Origin: Nitrospirota bacterium
GTDB lineage: Bacteria > Nitrospirota > UBA9217
Assembly (NCBI GenBank): GCA_963740085.1
Contig: CAVUCU010000001.1
Location: 320,001-384,000, forward strand
DNA length: 64,000 bases
Direction: 5' to 3'
Shown here: positions 30,861 to 41,181 of the stretch, in pieces
Numbering within the stretch: position 1 is the stretch's first letter
Layout: each line of letters begins with the position of its first letter
Translations under genes and position numbers: made by a program
Notes under the pieces: generated by a model
Told to the model about the DNA's origin: nothing
The model's input: the letters and a program-made list of their open reading frames with translations, nothing else
Database searches by the model: none

Positions 30861-32972
30861 TTATTTTTCCTTCTGATTCTGATGTCCGTGCTGAGCGGCC
30901 CGTTCCTGGGTGATCTTCTGTGCAAGGTGGCTCGGGACATCCTCATATCCGTAAAACTCCATGGTATACATGCCCCTGCCGCTCGTGAGGGAGTTGAGCG
31001 TGGGGGCATAGGTGAGCATCTCGGACATGGGCACGAGCGCCTTGATCGACTGGCCGCCTGCCTGGGGAGTAACGCCCTGCACCTTGCCGCGCCGAGAGTT
31101 CAGGTCACCGATCACGGCCCCGAGCGTATCATCGGAAGCAATGACTTCCACGCTCATGATCGGCTCGAGCAGCACCGGCTTGGCCCCCTCCATGGCCTTC
31201 TTGAAGCCCATGGACGCCGCGACCTTGAATGCCATTTCGGAAGAGTCAACTGCATGATACGAGCCGTCAAAAAGCGTGACCCGGACATCCACCATGGGAT
31301 ACCCCGCGAGAACACCTTCGTGCATGGCCTCTATCACACCTTTTTCCACGGCCGGGATATACTGCCGCGGGACCACGCCGCCCACGATCTTGTCCACGAA
31401 CTCAAAACCGCTGTCGCGCGGGAGCGGTTCGATCTCGAGCCACGCGTCCCCGTACTGACCGTGGCCTCCGGACTGTTTTTTATACTTGCCCTGCGCCCTG
31501 GACTTCGCCCGAATGGTCTCCTTGTACGGCACCTTGGGCGTCTTCATCGTCACCTCGGCGCCGAACTTCCGCTTCAATTTCTCAAGAGTCACTTCAAGGT
31601 GGACCTGCCCCATGCCGGAGAGCACCATTTCCTTGGTCTGCTCGTCATAGGTGAACCTGAGCGTGGGGTCCTCCTCGAGAAGTTTGTGTACGCCGGTGCT
31701 CACCTTGTCCTCGTCACCGCGGGACTTCGGCACAATGGCATACGACATGACCGGGTCGGCGAACTTCGCGAAAGGCATCACGATCGGATTGCTCTCGGAG
31801 CACAGCGTGTCGCCGGTAAGCGTCTCTTTCAGCTTCGCAATGGCGCCGATCTGCCCGGCCGTGAGCACCTGGGTGGTCACCTGCTTTTTCCCCTGGACAT
31901 GGAAAAGGGACCCGACTTTTTCCTTCAGTTGTTTCGACGAATTGTACACGTTCGAATCAGCCTTGAGCAATCCCGAGTAGACACGGACCAGGGAAAGCTT
32001 GCCGGCAAAGGGATCGTTGATGGTCTTGAACACCAGGGCGGCCAGGGGTTCATCCGGGGACGGTTTGCGGACCGTTTCATTACCTGTCTTGGGATCTATG
32101 CCTTTGATCTTTACGGCGTTGGCATGCTCCACCGGTGACGGGAGACACATGAGAATCATGTCGAGGAGCGGCTGGGTCCCCATGTTCTTGACCGGAGAAC
32201 CGCAGAGCACCGGCAGCAGGCCGCCCCCGATGGTACCGTGCTTGAGGCCGGCGATGATTTCCTCCTGGGAGAGATCTCCCTTATCCAGATATTTCTCAAG
32301 AAGGCTGTCATCGGTCTCGGCGATCTGCTCCACCAGCTTTTTCCGGTAGGCCGCGGCCTCATTCTGCATGTTCGCGGGAACGTCTTTTTCCTCGAACTTT
32401 CCGCTTCCGTCCCTGGCGAAGAGCAGCGCCTTCATTTTGATAAGATCAACAACGCCGGTGAAATTATCTTCAAGACCGATCGGCAGTTGGAGCACGAGGG
32501 AGTTCTTGCAGAAATACTTCTCCATATCGCCCACGGCCCGGAAGAAGTCCGCCCGCTCCTTGTCAAGCTTGCTGACGAACGCTATGCGCGGGATCTCGTA
32601 ATCGCAGGCGAACTTGTAGATTTTTTCGGTCTCGGCTTTTACGCCCGAGATCGCGGAAACGATGAGAATGGCGCCGTCGACGGCGCGAAGGGTGCCTCTC
32701 GCTTCCTCAAGAAAATTGATATATCCGGGGGTGTCGATGATATTGATACGAACGCCTTTCCAGTTGGCGAATCCGAGCGAGGAGGTGATGCTTATCTTCC
32801 GGGTCATCTCTTCCGGCTCGTGCATGAACACGGAGTTCCCCGTATCCACGCTCCCCATGAGGTCAACGGCGCCGGACGTGAACAAGAGCGCATCGGCCAG
32901 CGAGGTCTTACCGGCTGCCCCATGAGACAGGATCGCGATATTGCGGACTTCCTTGACGTCAACATTCGACAT
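30861..32972 (-). CDS. fusA: Elongation factor G paralog
   Basis: EF-G domains I-V (DTPG, GMGQVHLE, KQSGGHGQYG, DGSYH.VDSSE). Lies outside the str operon with divergent G motifs. Confidence 0.9.
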   Translation of the reverse strand: MSNVDVKEVRNIAILSHGAAGKTSLADALLFTSGAVDLMGSVDTGNSVFMHEPEEMTRKISITSSLGFANWKGVRINIIDTPGYINFLEEARGTLRAVDGAILIVSAISGVKAETEKIYKFACDYEIPRIAFVSKLDKERADFFRAVGDMEKYFCKNSLVLQLPIGLEDNFTGVVDLIKMKALLFARDGSGKFEEKDVPANMQNEAAAYRKKLVEQIAETDDSLLEKYLDKGDLSQEEIIAGLKHGTIGGGLLPVLCGSPVKNMGTQPLLDMILMCLPSPVEHANAVKIKGIDPKTGNETVRKPSPDEPLAALVFKTINDPFAGKLSLVRVYSGLLKADSNVYNSSKQLKEKVGSLFHVQGKKQVTTQVLTAGQIGAIAKLKETLTGDTLCSESNPIVMPFAKFADPVMSYAIVPKSRGDEDKVSTGVHKLLEEDPTLRFTYDEQTKEMVLSGMGQVHLEVTLEKLKRKFGAEVTMKTPKVPYKETIRAKSRAQGKYKKQSGGHGQYGDAWLEIEPLPRDSGFEFVDKIVGGVVPRQYIPAVEKGVIEAMHEGVLAGYPMVDVRVTLFDGSYHAVDSSEMAFKVAASMGFKKAMEGAKPVLLEPIMSVEVIASDDTLGAVIGDLNSRRGKVQGVTPQAGGQSIKALVPMSEMLTYAPTLNSLTSGRGMYTMEFYGYEDVPSHLAQKITQERAAQHGHQNQKEK

Positions 32973-33187
32973 AGACAACTCCTCCCGTGAACAAAAATTT
33001 TGCCGCTTATACCCATACGATCGACGTCCGACCGTCGATTCTCACTGAAAAGCTGCAAAGCCCCGAGACCACGGGGATAAATTGTGCGGACAAAATACTT
33101 TTTAAACTCTTTACCCCTCCGAGTTCCCGCTATATTAAGTTTGATGAATACAAGATTTCTCTGAGTTTTGATTGCAGAATTTTGGCG

Positions 33188-33454
33188 TCACCATATTTCG
33201 GACTTTATTTTCCCTGCCTGTTTGATCAGAACATCAACGACGGCTTCGTTGAACAGGTTGGAGTCCTTGCGGATAACTTCGTCCACCATGCTTTCGTAAT
33301 ATTTCTTTCCTTCGGCAAGCTCCTCGGTCAGGATGTCGAACAAGCTGTCCTTTTCGATGCCCTCTTTGACCTTTGCCTGGTTGTACAGGAGGATGTCGGA
33401 AAGGATGGTCCTCGCAAGTCTCTTGGCTTCATCTGGTTTTACTATCAATCGCAT
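33188..33454 (-). CDS. Conserved hypothetical protein (AKRLARTILSDILLYN domain)
   Basis: 88-aa helical ORF in operon orientation with coding-like codon usage. Confidence 0.75.
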   Translation of the reverse strand: MRLIVKPDEAKRLARTILSDILLYNQAKVKEGIEKDSLFDILTEELAEGKKYYESMVDEVIRKDSNLFNEAVVDVLIKQAGKIKSEIW

Positions 33455-33515
33455 AGGCTACGCCCCACATGATAAAATTTCGACAACTACCTATCAATGA
33501 AATCCAAATCGTGTT

Positions 33516-33944
33516 TCACTCCAGGATCTCGACGATAACCGGCTTATACTGCTGTGTTTTTTCAACTTTTTTATTATACATCCTGATAAAGAGAAAAGAT
33601 ACCGCCATGCTCACCATCCCTGCGATGAATGCCCAGAGATCGGAAGAGGATTCCGTACCGTACCGCAGGCCGAGGTTCTTGCCGACGATGGCAGCTGCAA
33701 CAAAGACCGTCATAGGGATGCCGTAAAGAATGATGGACGCCTTCAGATATACTTGCGGGGCAAGCACCACCTTCACCTTCTGTCCCTTTTTTGCCCCGAG
33801 CGGGTTCGATGCTTCCATGTACTCCTGCTCCCCGGGATGGCATATTTCGGAAGCGGAACATTTCTCGCATGCGCTCTTAGCAAGAATGGAAACCTTGGCG
33901 ATATCGCCCGTCACTTCAGCTACGATGCCTTCTTCTTCGATCAT
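33516..33944 (-). CDS. rseC: SoxR-reducing system RseC family protein
   Basis: EEGIV...SACEKC.....C motif, A..GQKV.V, LYGIP, two TM helices. Confidence 0.85.
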   Translation of the reverse strand: MIEEEGIVAEVTGDIAKVSILAKSACEKCSASEICHPGEQEYMEASNPLGAKKGQKVKVVLAPQVYLKASIILYGIPMTVFVAAAIVGKNLGLRYGTESSSDLWAFIAGMVSMAVSFLFIRMYNKKVEKTQQYKPVIVEILE

Positions 33945-33967
33945 GCTCCATCCTTGATGAACGCAGG

Positions 33968-35610
33968 CTAAAGCCTGCTTCTACCGGTTTCTTTAACTCT
34001 GATCCCCGAACTCCGAATTTTTTTATTCTTCGCCGCCCTCAATAGTTTATACTCGATGCTGTCCACCAGCGCCTGCCAGCTGGCCTCGATCACGTTCTCG
34101 GACACGCCGACCGTGCCCCACTTGTTCTTTCCGTCGCCGGACTCGATCAGCACCCGCACCCGCGCGGCCGTGCCCTCCGCCGCTGTCAGAACACGCACTT
34201 TATAGTCGAGGAGCCGGACATTCTCCAGACCCTTGCCCGGGAAGTACTTGGGAAGGACCTTCCGAAGCGCCTTGTCAAGCGCATTCACCGGACCATTCCC
34301 CCATGCGGCTGTGTGCTCCACGTTTCCACCTACCTCGACAGTGACCGTGGCCTCGCTCACCGGATTGGGGTCTACCTTCCGCTTTTCCGTCAAGATACGA
34401 TAGTCGATACGGTCGAACATGGAAAAAACCGACTCGTAGCTGTGACCCGCGCGCAGCATCAGGAGTTCCAGCGACCCTTCCGCGCCTTCGAATTCGTATC
34501 CTTCGTTCTCGAGCTCCTTGATCTTCCTGAGTATCACCCCGAGTTCCGGGCTTTGCCTGGTGAGCGGGATCCCGAGCTCTGCCGCTTTCTGGAGAATATT
34601 GCCCTTCCCCGCCATGTCGGACACCAGAATGCGCCTTCTATTCCCCACCAGCTCCGGCCTCACATGTTCATAGGTTAGAGCATTCTTCGACATTGCGTCC
34701 ACATGGATGCCCGCCTTATGAGCAAAGGCGCTGTCGCCAATGTAGGGTTGCCGTTTGCGGTGCTGCATGTTGGCGATCTCGTCCACATAGCGGGACACGT
34801 CACGAAGCTTTGCCAGATTGGCGTCCGAGATGCAGTCCATTCCCAGCTTGAGCTTCAGCGTCGGGATAAGGGAGCAGAGATTGGCGTTTCCGCAGCGCTC
34901 GCCGTAGCCATTGACGGTCCCGTGGACCTGGACCGCTCCCAGCCTGATCGCTGTCAGTGAGTTCGCCACTGCAAGTTCCGCATCGTTGTGCGCGTGGATC
35001 CCGAACGGGATAGCAATCGACTTTTTCACCCGGCTGATGATCTCCTCGACCTCATGGGGCATGGTACCGCCGTTCGTGTCGCACAGAACAAGACAATCCG
35101 CGCCCGCGCCCTCCGCAGCGAGGAGCGTCTGAACCGCATAGTCGGGGTTTGCCTTATACCCGTCGAAAAAATGCTCGGCATCATAGACCACCTCATCCAT
35201 GCGTTTCCTGAGAAATGCGACCGATTCTTCGATCATATCGAGGTTCTCGCCGAGCGTGGTCTTGAGCGCCTTGAGCACATGCAGGTCCCAGGTCTTGCCG
35301 AAAATGGTCGCCACCGGTGCGCCGGACGCAACCAATGCCTTCAAGCTCAGGTCATCGGACACCTTGATCTTTGCGCGGCGGGTCGACCCGAAGGCCGCCA
35401 GCCTGGCCTTTCTGAGCCTGACGCGCCGCATTTCCCTGAAGAACTCGATATCGCGAGGATTCGAGCCCGGCCAGCCACCTTCGATATAATGGACGCCAAA
35501 CTGGTCTAGTTTCCGCGCAACACGGACCTTGTCCTCGACCGAGAAGTTCACGTCCTCGGCCTGCGCCCCGTCACGGAGCGTGGTATCGTATAGGTAGAGA
35601 GTTGTTTCAT
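33968..35610 (-). CDS. cimA: Citramalate synthase (1-nt deletion just after the start codon)
   Basis: YDTTLRDGAQ lies in frame upstream of the called GTG. EGGWPGSNP, YDAEHFFDG, HAHND and AFAHK.G.H motifs. Adding one A gives MKTTLYLYDTTLRDG. Confidence 0.92.
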
Positions 35611-35616
35611 AATCGT

Positions 35617-35700
35617 ATTTCGAATTGCAGATTGCGGAATGCGGATTGAGAGCCTGAAGCAGACAGGGGTCCTTATATTCGGCGATCCGAAATCTGACAT
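35617..35700. repeat. Inverted heptamer arrays (gattgcg / atccgaa)
   Basis: atttcgaattgcagattgcggaatgcggatt faces attcggcgatccgaaatctg. Confidence 0.7.
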
Positions 35701-35706
35701 GATCCG

Positions 35707-36936
35707 CTATACGTCAGCGCGCGCCTTATCCATCTCGAATGTCTCATGGAGCGAGCGTACGGCAAGTTCGGTATATTTCGCATCGATCACAATGGAGATC
35801 TTGATCTCCGACGTGCTGATCATCATGATATTTATGCCCTCTTTGGCCAGACAGGAAAACATCCTGGCGGCTACACCCGAGTGAGAGCGCATGCCGACAC
35901 CGACGATCGAGATCTTTGCGATATCCTCCTTAACGGTCACGCCCTTGGCGCCGATCTCGGCAACGACCTTCTTCATAAGTTCTGAGATTTTCCTGGAATC
36001 CGTCTTCGGCACGGTAAAGGACATGTCCGTCAACCCGCCCTCGCCGATGTTCTGGATGATCATGTCAACGACGATGTTGTTCGCCGATATTTCATTGAAT
36101 ATCTTCGCTGCCACACCGGGCTTGTCCGGAACGCCCGTTACCGTCACTTTTACCTGGTTCTTATCATACGCCACACCCGACACCACCACTTTTTCCATAT
36201 CAGAATCCTCCTTGGTCACAAGGGTCCCCGGGTTGTCGTTGAAACTTGAGAGCACCCGTATGGGAACATTATATTTTTTTGCGAACTCGACGGAACGGGT
36301 CTGGAGCACCTTGGCGCCGAGACTCGCCAGTTCAAGCATTTCGTCATATGAGATCTTGTCCAGTTTCCTGGCCTGTGGCACCATGTTCGGGTCCGTGGTA
36401 TACACGCCGTCCACGTCCGTGTAGATGTCACAGAGGTCCGCCTTGAGCGCGGCGGCGACCGCCACGGCTGAAAGGTCCGACCCGCCGCGTCCCAGGGTCG
36501 TCACATCGTCGGACGTTGCGCTGATTCCCTGGAAACCCGCGACCACGGCGATCTTGCCTTCCTTTATCGCCTGTTTGACCCGCTCGCCTGAGATCTTCTC
36601 GATCCTCGCCCTGGTATGGACGCAGTCGGAGATGATCCCCGCCTGCCTGCCGGTGAAGGACTGCGCCCTGTGCCCCAGCGACTGGATCGCCATGGCCAAC
36701 AGTGAGATGGTCACTCGCTCGCCCGTGGACACCAGCATGTCCAACTCCCGCGGGTCCGGGTTCTCGCTCACCTGATTGGCAAGGTTGATGAGCTTGTCGG
36801 TCTCGCCGCTCATGGCCGACAGGACCACCACGACATCATTGCCTTCTTCTTTGGTCCGGACAACACGTTTTGCCACGTTCCTGATCCGCTCTGGATTCCC
36901 CACGGATGTGCCGCCGTATTTCTGAACGATAAGCAA
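35707..36936 (-). CDS. lysC: Aspartate kinase
   Basis: [18 protein letters not shown] and two ACT domains. TTG start 6 nt after GGAGG. Confidence 0.96.
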   Translation of the reverse strand: MLIVQKYGGTSVGNPERIRNVAKRVVRTKEEGNDVVVVLSAMSGETDKLINLANQVSENPDPRELDMLVSTGERVTISLLAMAIQSLGHRAQSFTGRQAGIISDCVHTRARIEKISGERVKQAIKEGKIAVVAGFQGISATSDDVTTLGRGGSDLSAVAVAAALKADLCDIYTDVDGVYTTDPNMVPQARKLDKISYDEMLELASLGAKVLQTRSVEFAKKYNVPIRVLSSFNDNPGTLVTKEDSDMEKVVVSGVAYDKNQVKVTVTGVPDKPGVAAKIFNEISANNIVVDMIIQNIGEGGLTDMSFTVPKTDSRKISELMKKVVAEIGAKGVTVKEDIAKISIVGVGMRSHSGVAARMFSCLAKEGINIMMISTSEIKISIVIDAKYTELAVRSLHETFEMDKARADV

Positions 36937-36968
36937 TCATGACCTCCGTTATAATAAAAACTGCTTTT

Positions 36969-37047
36969 AACCACAGAGATCGCAGAGAACAGGATTGTAA
37001 AGCCTGCGTTTTGAATCTTAAGTGCTTTTCTCAGCGTCCTTTGTGGG
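36969..37047. repeat. Paired inverted-repeat element
   Basis: aaccacagagatcgcagagaa / ttctcagcgtcctttgtggg. Confidence 0.7.
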
Positions 37048-37055
37048 AAACCTCT

Positions 37056-38285
37056 TTATTCTTTCAAAAAATAATCCATCAGCGTATAGCCTTCTTTGAA
37101 AACCAGCGCATCTTTGCGGTCTGCTATCTTCTCATCATAGGGAACAGGTCCGCCCTTGCGCTCCTTTGTATTGTCGTAGATCACGAAGGGCACGGGATCC
37201 GCCGTATGGGTCCTGAGCTCGACCGGAGTGGGGTGGTCGGGAAGCGACAGGATGCGGTATTCGTCGAACTGCTTCATGCCATGGATGATGTTCCCGACCA
37301 CGAATTCATCAAAGTCCTCAATGGCCCTGAGCTTGTTCTTGAGATCGCCGGTATGTCCCGCCTCGTCGGGCGCCTCTACGTGGAGGTACACGATGTCTTT
37401 GGTCTTAAGCGCCCAGAGCGCATGCTCGGCCTTGCCCACGTAGTTGGTGTCGATCCAGCCCGTGGCGCCCGGCACGTTGATCACATCAAAGCCGGCATAA
37501 ATACCGAGGCCCTTCGTAAGGTCCACCGCCGAGATCATGGACCCTTCGAGGCCGTACTTCTCCCTGAAGGTCGGCATGGTCGGCCGTTTTCCCTGCCCCC
37601 AGAGCCAGATGCTGTTCGCCTGTCGTTTTCCGTTCTCCTGGCGTGCCTTGTTCACCGGATGAGCGAGGAGCAGGTCAAGGGACGACTCCATCAGGGCATT
37701 GATGATATCGTCGCCTTCGCCGCACGGAAGATAGTCCTGAATGTCCTTGTCCTGAATATCGTGAGGTGGCGTGCATTCGATCTTGTCTTTGCCGCCCTTC
37801 CATACCATGAGATGGCGGTAGCTTACGCCGGGATAGAAACGGATGCGGTCACTGCCGAGTTTGCTGTCGATCTCCTCTATGAGCAGCCGGGCCTCCTGCG
37901 TCGTGATGTGACCCGCGCTGAAGTCCTCCATGATCGCTCGCCTTCCCTTGCCCGTTGAGGGAGACTTGCCGCTGATGATGCGCAAGGTCACGAGATTGCA
38001 GCGAAACGCGATATCGTTCGGCGCGAGCTCCACACCGATGCTTGCCGCTTCGAGCGGCGACCGGCCGGTAAAGTACTTCCGCGGGTCATAACCCATCACC
38101 GAGAGGTTGGCCACGTCGCTGCCAGGGGGGAACCCTTCCGGCACCGTGTGCACCATGCCCACCTGCCCGAGCGTCGCGAGCTGGTCGAGGTTCGGCGTCT
38201 TCGCCGCCTGCAGACACGTCTTGCCCCCAAGAGCCGCATGCGGCCTGTCGGCCATCCCGTCACCAAGTAAAATGATATATTTCAT
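37056..38285 (-). CDS. apgM: Cofactor-independent phosphoglycerate mutase, ApgM type
   Basis: GDGMAD, PGSDVANLS, YRHL, HVEAPDEAGH and DHPTP motifs. Confidence 0.9.
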   Translation of the reverse strand: MKYIILLGDGMADRPHAALGGKTCLQAAKTPNLDQLATLGQVGMVHTVPEGFPPGSDVANLSVMGYDPRKYFTGRSPLEAASIGVELAPNDIAFRCNLVTLRIISGKSPSTGKGRRAIMEDFSAGHITTQEARLLIEEIDSKLGSDRIRFYPGVSYRHLMVWKGGKDKIECTPPHDIQDKDIQDYLPCGEGDDIINALMESSLDLLLAHPVNKARQENGKRQANSIWLWGQGKRPTMPTFREKYGLEGSMISAVDLTKGLGIYAGFDVINVPGATGWIDTNYVGKAEHALWALKTKDIVYLHVEAPDEAGHTGDLKNKLRAIEDFDEFVVGNIIHGMKQFDEYRILSLPDHPTPVELRTHTADPVPFVIYDNTKERKGGPVPYDEKIADRKDALVFKEGYTLMDYFLKE

Positions 38286-38340
38286 GAGAGACCTTATCGT
38301 TCGTTACGAATCAAATTCTTCTCAAAACAGCAAGAAATTT

Positions 38341-38474
38341 TCTTGCAGTAGCCTATGAAAGAAAAGCGGCCACTTAGGACTTCCGCAGAGCCCGCAGAGA
38401 AAAATCTAAAAATCTGGGTAAAAAAGAGTTCAACGTTTTGATTCAACTCAGCGTCCTCCGCGTGCTCTGCGAGA
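38341..38474. repeat. Paired inverted-repeat element carrying a secondary insert in one arm
   Basis: Reverse-complement homolog of 62336-62443, including the spacer. Extra segment within 38345-38378. Confidence 0.8.
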
Positions 38475-38488
38475 TACGCCTTTTTGCG

Positions 38489-38731
38489 TTATGAGCTTTC
38501 AAAATCACCTTCAATGGCATCAACCTTCACGCCTCGTTCCCTGAGATACGCGATCCCCTCTTCGAGCTTCTTTTCCGTCCCTTCGAACTCCAGAACCACT
38601 TCGCCCACCGAGTCTGTGATCCTGGCCCGCCTGATATTCGGCATCACGTTGAACTTCTTTGCCATGGTGAAGATCACGGGCTCCTTGATCAGTTCCTTCG
38701 GAAAGATCAGTTTTACCCTCTTCGTCGTCAT
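38489..38731 (-). CDS. NIL domain protein
   Basis: L.FP..LIKEPVI......FNVMPNIRRA......GEVVLE.EG pattern. GGAGG SD. Confidence 0.85.
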   Translation of the reverse strand: MTTKRVKLIFPKELIKEPVIFTMAKKFNVMPNIRRARITDSVGEVVLEFEGTEKKLEEGIAYLRERGVKVDAIEGDFESS

Positions 38732-38752
38732 AGGCACCTCCTCGCGTCGAAG

Positions 38753-38840
38753 AATACGAAATGGAAAGGACATAACGCAAAATTATTGAGCAATGACTTC
38801 TCGGCCCTCGTTTTTTTTTGCAATTTGCATTTTGAAATTT
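38753..38840. repeat. Inverted heptamer arrays (aatgcaa type, degenerate)
   Basis: aatacgaaatggaa...cgcaaaatt faces ttttgcaatttgcattttgaaattt. Confidence 0.6.
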
Positions 38841-38858
38841 AAATCGTTGGCTTACTAT

Positions 38859-39131
38859 CTATCCTCCCGCGATAGCCGGCACGATCGAGATCGTGTCTCC
38901 GTCCTTCAGCGCTGTCTCTTCCTTGTCCAGAAAACGGATGTCCTCGTCATTCACGTAGACGTTGATGAACCGCCGGATCTTGCCGCCTTCCGACAACCGC
39001 TCCTGCATGCCAGGGTAGTCCCTCTCGAGCGCGTCAACAAGCTCTTTGACGTTCTTTACCTTGCACTCCACTTCCGCTATGCCTTTCGTCAGACTTTGCA
39101 GCGGCGTCGGAATTCTCACTTTGATTGCCAT
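38859..39131 (-). CDS. MoaD/ThiS/CysO-like ubiquitin-fold sulfur carrier
   Basis: VRIPTPL, RFINVYVNDEDIRFL and C-terminal PAIAGG. Confidence 0.93.
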   Translation of the reverse strand: MAIKVRIPTPLQSLTKGIAEVECKVKNVKELVDALERDYPGMQERLSEGGKIRRFINVYVNDEDIRFLDKEETALKDGDTISIVPAIAGG

Positions 39132-39197
39132 ATCACTCCTCCCGATCTCCATAATCCTGGAAACCAATACAAACACATTTGCTTCGATACCTATTTG

Positions 39198-39258
39198 CCC
39201 CTCACTCATTCCCACCGCTCGGGACGGGCTTTATCCTCTCCGCAGCGGGGAGAAAGGG
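39198..39258. repeat. Solo REP-like palindrome (cccctcac...tcctctcc...ggggaga type)
   Basis: Hairpin tcctctccgc/ggggagaaagg with an inner tccc...ggga hairpin. Confidence 0.45.
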
Positions 39259-39402
39259 ATACCAGACAGAAGACAATTATTATTTCGTTCGTATTAGAGA
39301 ATAGAAATTAAGTGTTTGAGGAACTGCCTTAATCCCCGGATCACTTTCTGTGAATGTTACTGCTTCAGCGGCTTCTCGATTTCCCGGTGATCGGCATCGG
39401 CC

Positions 39403-39828
39403 CTAGAGAACGGTCAATACGATTTCGCTTACCTTTCCTTCCTGGATCGAGAAACCCCTGGCGACCGGCTTCGCGCGGTCCATGAGGGTAACAATGACGT
39501 ACACGGCATCGGGATAGTTCGGCAGCTGCGTCCCGGGCCAGTACGCCTGATTCACGTCCACGCTCGACGGATAGGCCTGGCTGTGCGGATGGGAATGGAA
39601 CAGACCGATCAGTTCGAGTCCTGAATCCCTGATTTCCTTCATCACGCGAAACTGCTCTTCCGGGTCCATTTCATAATAGTCAGGGCCCGGCTTCGCGTTC
39701 ATCATGCAGTAGGCCTTTTCCACCCTGCCGTCTTTGCCACCAAGCATTCCGCAGGCTTCGTTCGGCGCTGCCGCAAGACAGTGGTCAAAAATAGTTTGAA
39801 GGTCGGATTTCTTGATGATCAATTCCAT
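39403..39828 (-). CDS. JAB/MPN (M67, Mec+-like) metallopeptidase
   Basis: PNEACG and FHSHP....YPS..D JAMM motif. Confidence 0.93.
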   Translation of the reverse strand: MELIIKKSDLQTIFDHCLAAAPNEACGMLGGKDGRVEKAYCMMNAKPGPDYYEMDPEEQFRVMKEIRDSGLELIGLFHSHPHSQAYPSSVDVNQAYWPGTQLPNYPDAVYVIVTLMDRAKPVARGFSIQEGKVSEIVLTVL

Positions 39829-39882
39829 GCCATTTACCTCAGAGGCGCAGGAAGGGACTCTCAACTTCTCTGATCCTTACTG

Positions 39883-39913
39883 TTCCGCAATCCGAAATCG
39901 GCAATCCGAAATT
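39883..39913. repeat. Heptamer array (aatccgc/aatccga)
   Basis: ttccgcaatccgaaatcggcaatccgaaatt. Confidence 0.7.
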
Positions 39914-39914
39914 C

Positions 39915-40718
39915 CTAATGGCTCATAGAGCAGAACTGCTCATAATCGATCAGTTCCGTGATCGTCGGATGTGCGCCGCATACAGGACAGTCTTTATTCC
40001 GGGGCACTTTTACCGTGCGGAAACTCATATCAAGCGCATTCCACAAGAGGAGCCTGCCCTTCAACGGCTGCCCGATCCCGAGGATGGCCTTGATCACCTC
40101 GGTGGCCTGGAGCGTCCCCACCACTCCGGTGACCACGCCGAGGATGCCTGCCTCCTGGCACGATGGCACCATGCCGGGCGGCGGAGGGACCTCGAACAAG
40201 CAGCGGTAGCACGGCCCGTCACCGGGATAAATGCTCATCACCTGGCCTTCGAACCGGAAGACCGCCGCGCTGATAAGCGTTTTTCCCTGCATCACGCAGG
40301 CATCGTTCACGAGGTAGCGGGTCGGAAAATTGTCGCTTCCGTCCACCACGATATCATAGTCCTTGATAATGTCCATGATATTCTTTGACGACAGTCGCAC
40401 CTTGTGCGTCACGACCTTTACATCATGGTTCAGCGTCTCGTACGTCTCTTTTGCCGAATCGGCCTTGAGCACCCCGATACGGCTGGTGTTGTGTGCGATC
40501 TGGCGCTGAAGGTTCGAGAGCTCCACGTGGTCATTGTCGATCACGCCGATGGTGCCGACGCCTGCCGCGGCGAGATAGTACCCGACCGGCGAGCCGAGAC
40601 CGCCGGCGCCCACAAGAACTACTTTGGCGTTCAGTATCTTCTCCTGCCCTTCCCCGCCGACTTCCGGGAGCAGGATGTGCCTGCTGTATCGCAGTATCTG
40701 GTCTTCAGTGAAATCCAT
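39915..40718 (-). CDS. moeB: MoeB/ThiF family adenylyltransferase (E1-like)
   Basis: RYSRH, VGAGGLG, SNLQRQ, DGSDNF, CYRC, SCQEAG and CPVC motifs. No rhodanese domain. Confidence 0.92.
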   Translation of the reverse strand: MDFTEDQILRYSRHILLPEVGGEGQEKILNAKVVLVGAGGLGSPVGYYLAAAGVGTIGVIDNDHVELSNLQRQIAHNTSRIGVLKADSAKETYETLNHDVKVVTHKVRLSSKNIMDIIKDYDIVVDGSDNFPTRYLVNDACVMQGKTLISAAVFRFEGQVMSIYPGDGPCYRCLFEVPPPPGMVPSCQEAGILGVVTGVVGTLQATEVIKAILGIGQPLKGRLLLWNALDMSFRTVKVPRNKDCPVCGAHPTITELIDYEQFCSMSH

Positions 40719-40733
40719 CACGAACTCCGTTCG

Positions 40734-40809
40734 AATGCAAAATGCAAAGTGGAAAATGAAAAATTAAACTTTCCCAAACTTTGAAATTTGCATTTTACAT
40801 TTTGCACTT
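40734..40809. repeat. Inverted heptamer arrays (aatgcaa / ttgcatt)
   Basis: aatgcaaaatgcaaagtggaaaatgaaaa faces tttgaaatttgcattttacattttgcactt. Confidence 0.8.
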
Positions 40810-41068
40810 AATTTTTTTTCTTCTCTTTATCTTTCCGGACAAACACGTGCCACTCTTTTTCACCTGTCTTGTCGATCCTCAGGACCTTCTGTCCCTCGTT
40901 CTCCATGCTTCTGGGCACGTTCTCTGTCGCCGGCTGATGATCGAAGATGATCTCAAGGACCTCGCCGAGGTTCATCTTCTCGATCGCCAGCTTCGAACGC
41001 ACAAAGGTGTACGGACAAACCTGGCCTTTGAGGTCGATGGTTTTATCTATTTTTATGTCGTCAGTCAT
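40808..41068 (-). CDS. TusA/SirA family sulfurtransferase
   Basis: IDLKGQVCPYTFVRSKLA..M..GEVLEI..D motif. Confidence 0.9.
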   Translation of the reverse strand: MTDDIKIDKTIDLKGQVCPYTFVRSKLAIEKMNLGEVLEIIFDHQPATENVPRSMENEGQKVLRIDKTGEKEWHVFVRKDKEKKKN

Positions 41069-41087
41069 GAGCACCTCCGTTGCAATA

Positions 41088-41176
41088 CACCAAATCACAA
41101 GACGCAAATCGCAATAAATTTCGAACGTTCTCCGATACTTGTATTTTGGAATTTTGTTATTTTGCGATTTGCGATT
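41088..41176. repeat. Inverted heptamer arrays (caaatcg / cgatttg)
   Basis: caccaaatcacaagacgcaaatcgcaa faces ttgttattttgcgatttgcgatt. Confidence 0.75.
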
Positions 41177-41181
41177 CTCTC

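Noticed and set aside
33020-33076. Two small hairpins upstream of the EF-G paralog
   Set aside because: The stems are short and match no known leader, so they cannot be separated from chance.
38859-40718. E1/JAB/Ubl genes as an antiphage ubiquitination system (CBASS- or Bil-like)
   Set aside because: No E2 or effector is present, and the TusA, NIL and amino-acid biosynthesis context indicates sulfur metabolism.
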